Shown here in pieces: positions 57,978 to 58,661 of a DNA stretch of 58,661 nt. Position numbers and translations under genes: made by a program. The notes beneath the pieces were generated by a model. That model made no database searches and was not told where the DNA came from. It saw nothing but the letters and a program-made list of their open reading frames with translations. Positions within the stretch are counted from its first letter, which is position 1. The number at the start of each line of letters is the position of its first letter. Origin of the DNA: an uncultured Anaerotignum sp. (GTDB lineage Bacteria > Bacillota > Clostridia > Lachnospirales > Anaerotignaceae); assembly GCA_944381385.1 (NCBI GenBank), contig CALWKZ010000117.1:1-58661 (forward strand), read 5' to 3'.

Positions 57978-58661
57978 TTATCCGCGGATGCCGTTGTCCC
58001 GGTCCAGCGCCAGGGCGATCAGGCAGTCCATCAGCTCTGTTTTTGTCATGCCTCTTTCTTCCCACAGCATAGGGTACATGCTGATGGAGGTAAAGCCGGG
58101 CATGGTGTTCAGTTCGTTGAAAAGGACACGTCCGCTTTCTTTTTCCATAAAAAAGTCTACCCTGGCCAGGCCCGCGCCGTCTACGGCACGATAGATCTTC
58201 GCGGCGATCTTGCGCATTTCCTCCACCGCGGCCTCATCTACCTCCGCCGGGATCACTGTGCGGGAATCGGCGTTGTTGTACTTGGCGTCGTAGTCATAAA
58301 ACTCCGCAGCCGCCAGAATCTCGCCTACGCCGCTGACGCGGATGTGTTCATTGCCCAGTACGGAACATTCAAACTCCCGTCCGTCAATGGCTTCCTCGAT
58401 GATAACCTTTTTATCGTACTTGGCGGCAAAAAGGACAGCCTTTTCCAGCTCCTCCCTGTTTTTCGCCTTGGTGATGCCCACAGAAGAACCGGCGTTGGAA
58501 GGCTTTACAAAGCAGGGATAGCCCAGCCGCCGTTCCGCCTTGTTAAGGATCGCCTCTTTTTTGTCCCAATCCCGCATATGCAGCCAGATATATTTCGCCA
58601 TAGGGATCTTGGCCGCCTTGGCGATGAGCTTGGTGTACACCTTATCCATGGATACGGCGGA
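57978..58661 (-). CDS. ddl: D-alanine-D-alanine ligase (5' end beyond window)
   Basis: MDK, VKPSNAGSSVG, FYDYDAKY, NELNTMPG. Confidence 0.93.
   Translation of the reverse strand, partial: SAVSMDKVYTKLIAKAAKIPMAKYIWLHMRDWDKKEAILNKAERRLGYPCFVKPSNAGSSVGITKAKNREELEKAVLFAAKYDKKVIIEEAIDGREFECSVLGNEHIRVSGVGEILAAAEFYDYDAKYNNADSRTVIPAEVDEAAVEEMRKIAAKIYRAVDGAGLARVDFFMEKESGRVLFNELNTMPGFTSISMYPMLWEERGMTKTELMDCLIALALDRDNGIRG

Overview
A 58.7 kb chromosomal segment from a spore-forming Clostridia bacterium (inferred from spmAB, abrB, rnf and a T-box). It is mostly core or housekeeping DNA: dnaG (partial), dgt, prpE-like, brnQ, alaS with an Ala T-box, rpoN, rnfCDGEAB, tRNA-Arg(CCT), an AdhR-type MerR locus, two TPP-riboswitch thiamine-salvage operons (one with a ThiM-ThiE fusion), recR-ybaB-dnaX-SRP RNA-tadA, spmAB, abrB, two AAA+/VWA modules, trxA, a YtrA-type ABC operon, murI and ddl (partial). 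The standout is at 5.0-11.8 kb. An AprX-like S8 subtilase gene is split inside its catalytic HGTHV motif by a 5,853-bp phage-free element bounded by a 12-bp direct repeat, ACCCATGTCACG (5204-5215 and 11057-11068). The element carries a short (309 aa) serine recombinase with a sigmaE-like promoter, a TRAP transporter, a GntR regulator and two small membrane ORFs. Excision at the repeat would restore an in-frame 288-aa protease with an intact Asp/His/Ser triad inside what looks like a sporulation gene cluster, making this a candidate skin-like, developmentally programmed DNA rearrangement. All calls were made by eye from motifs; no database searches were run.
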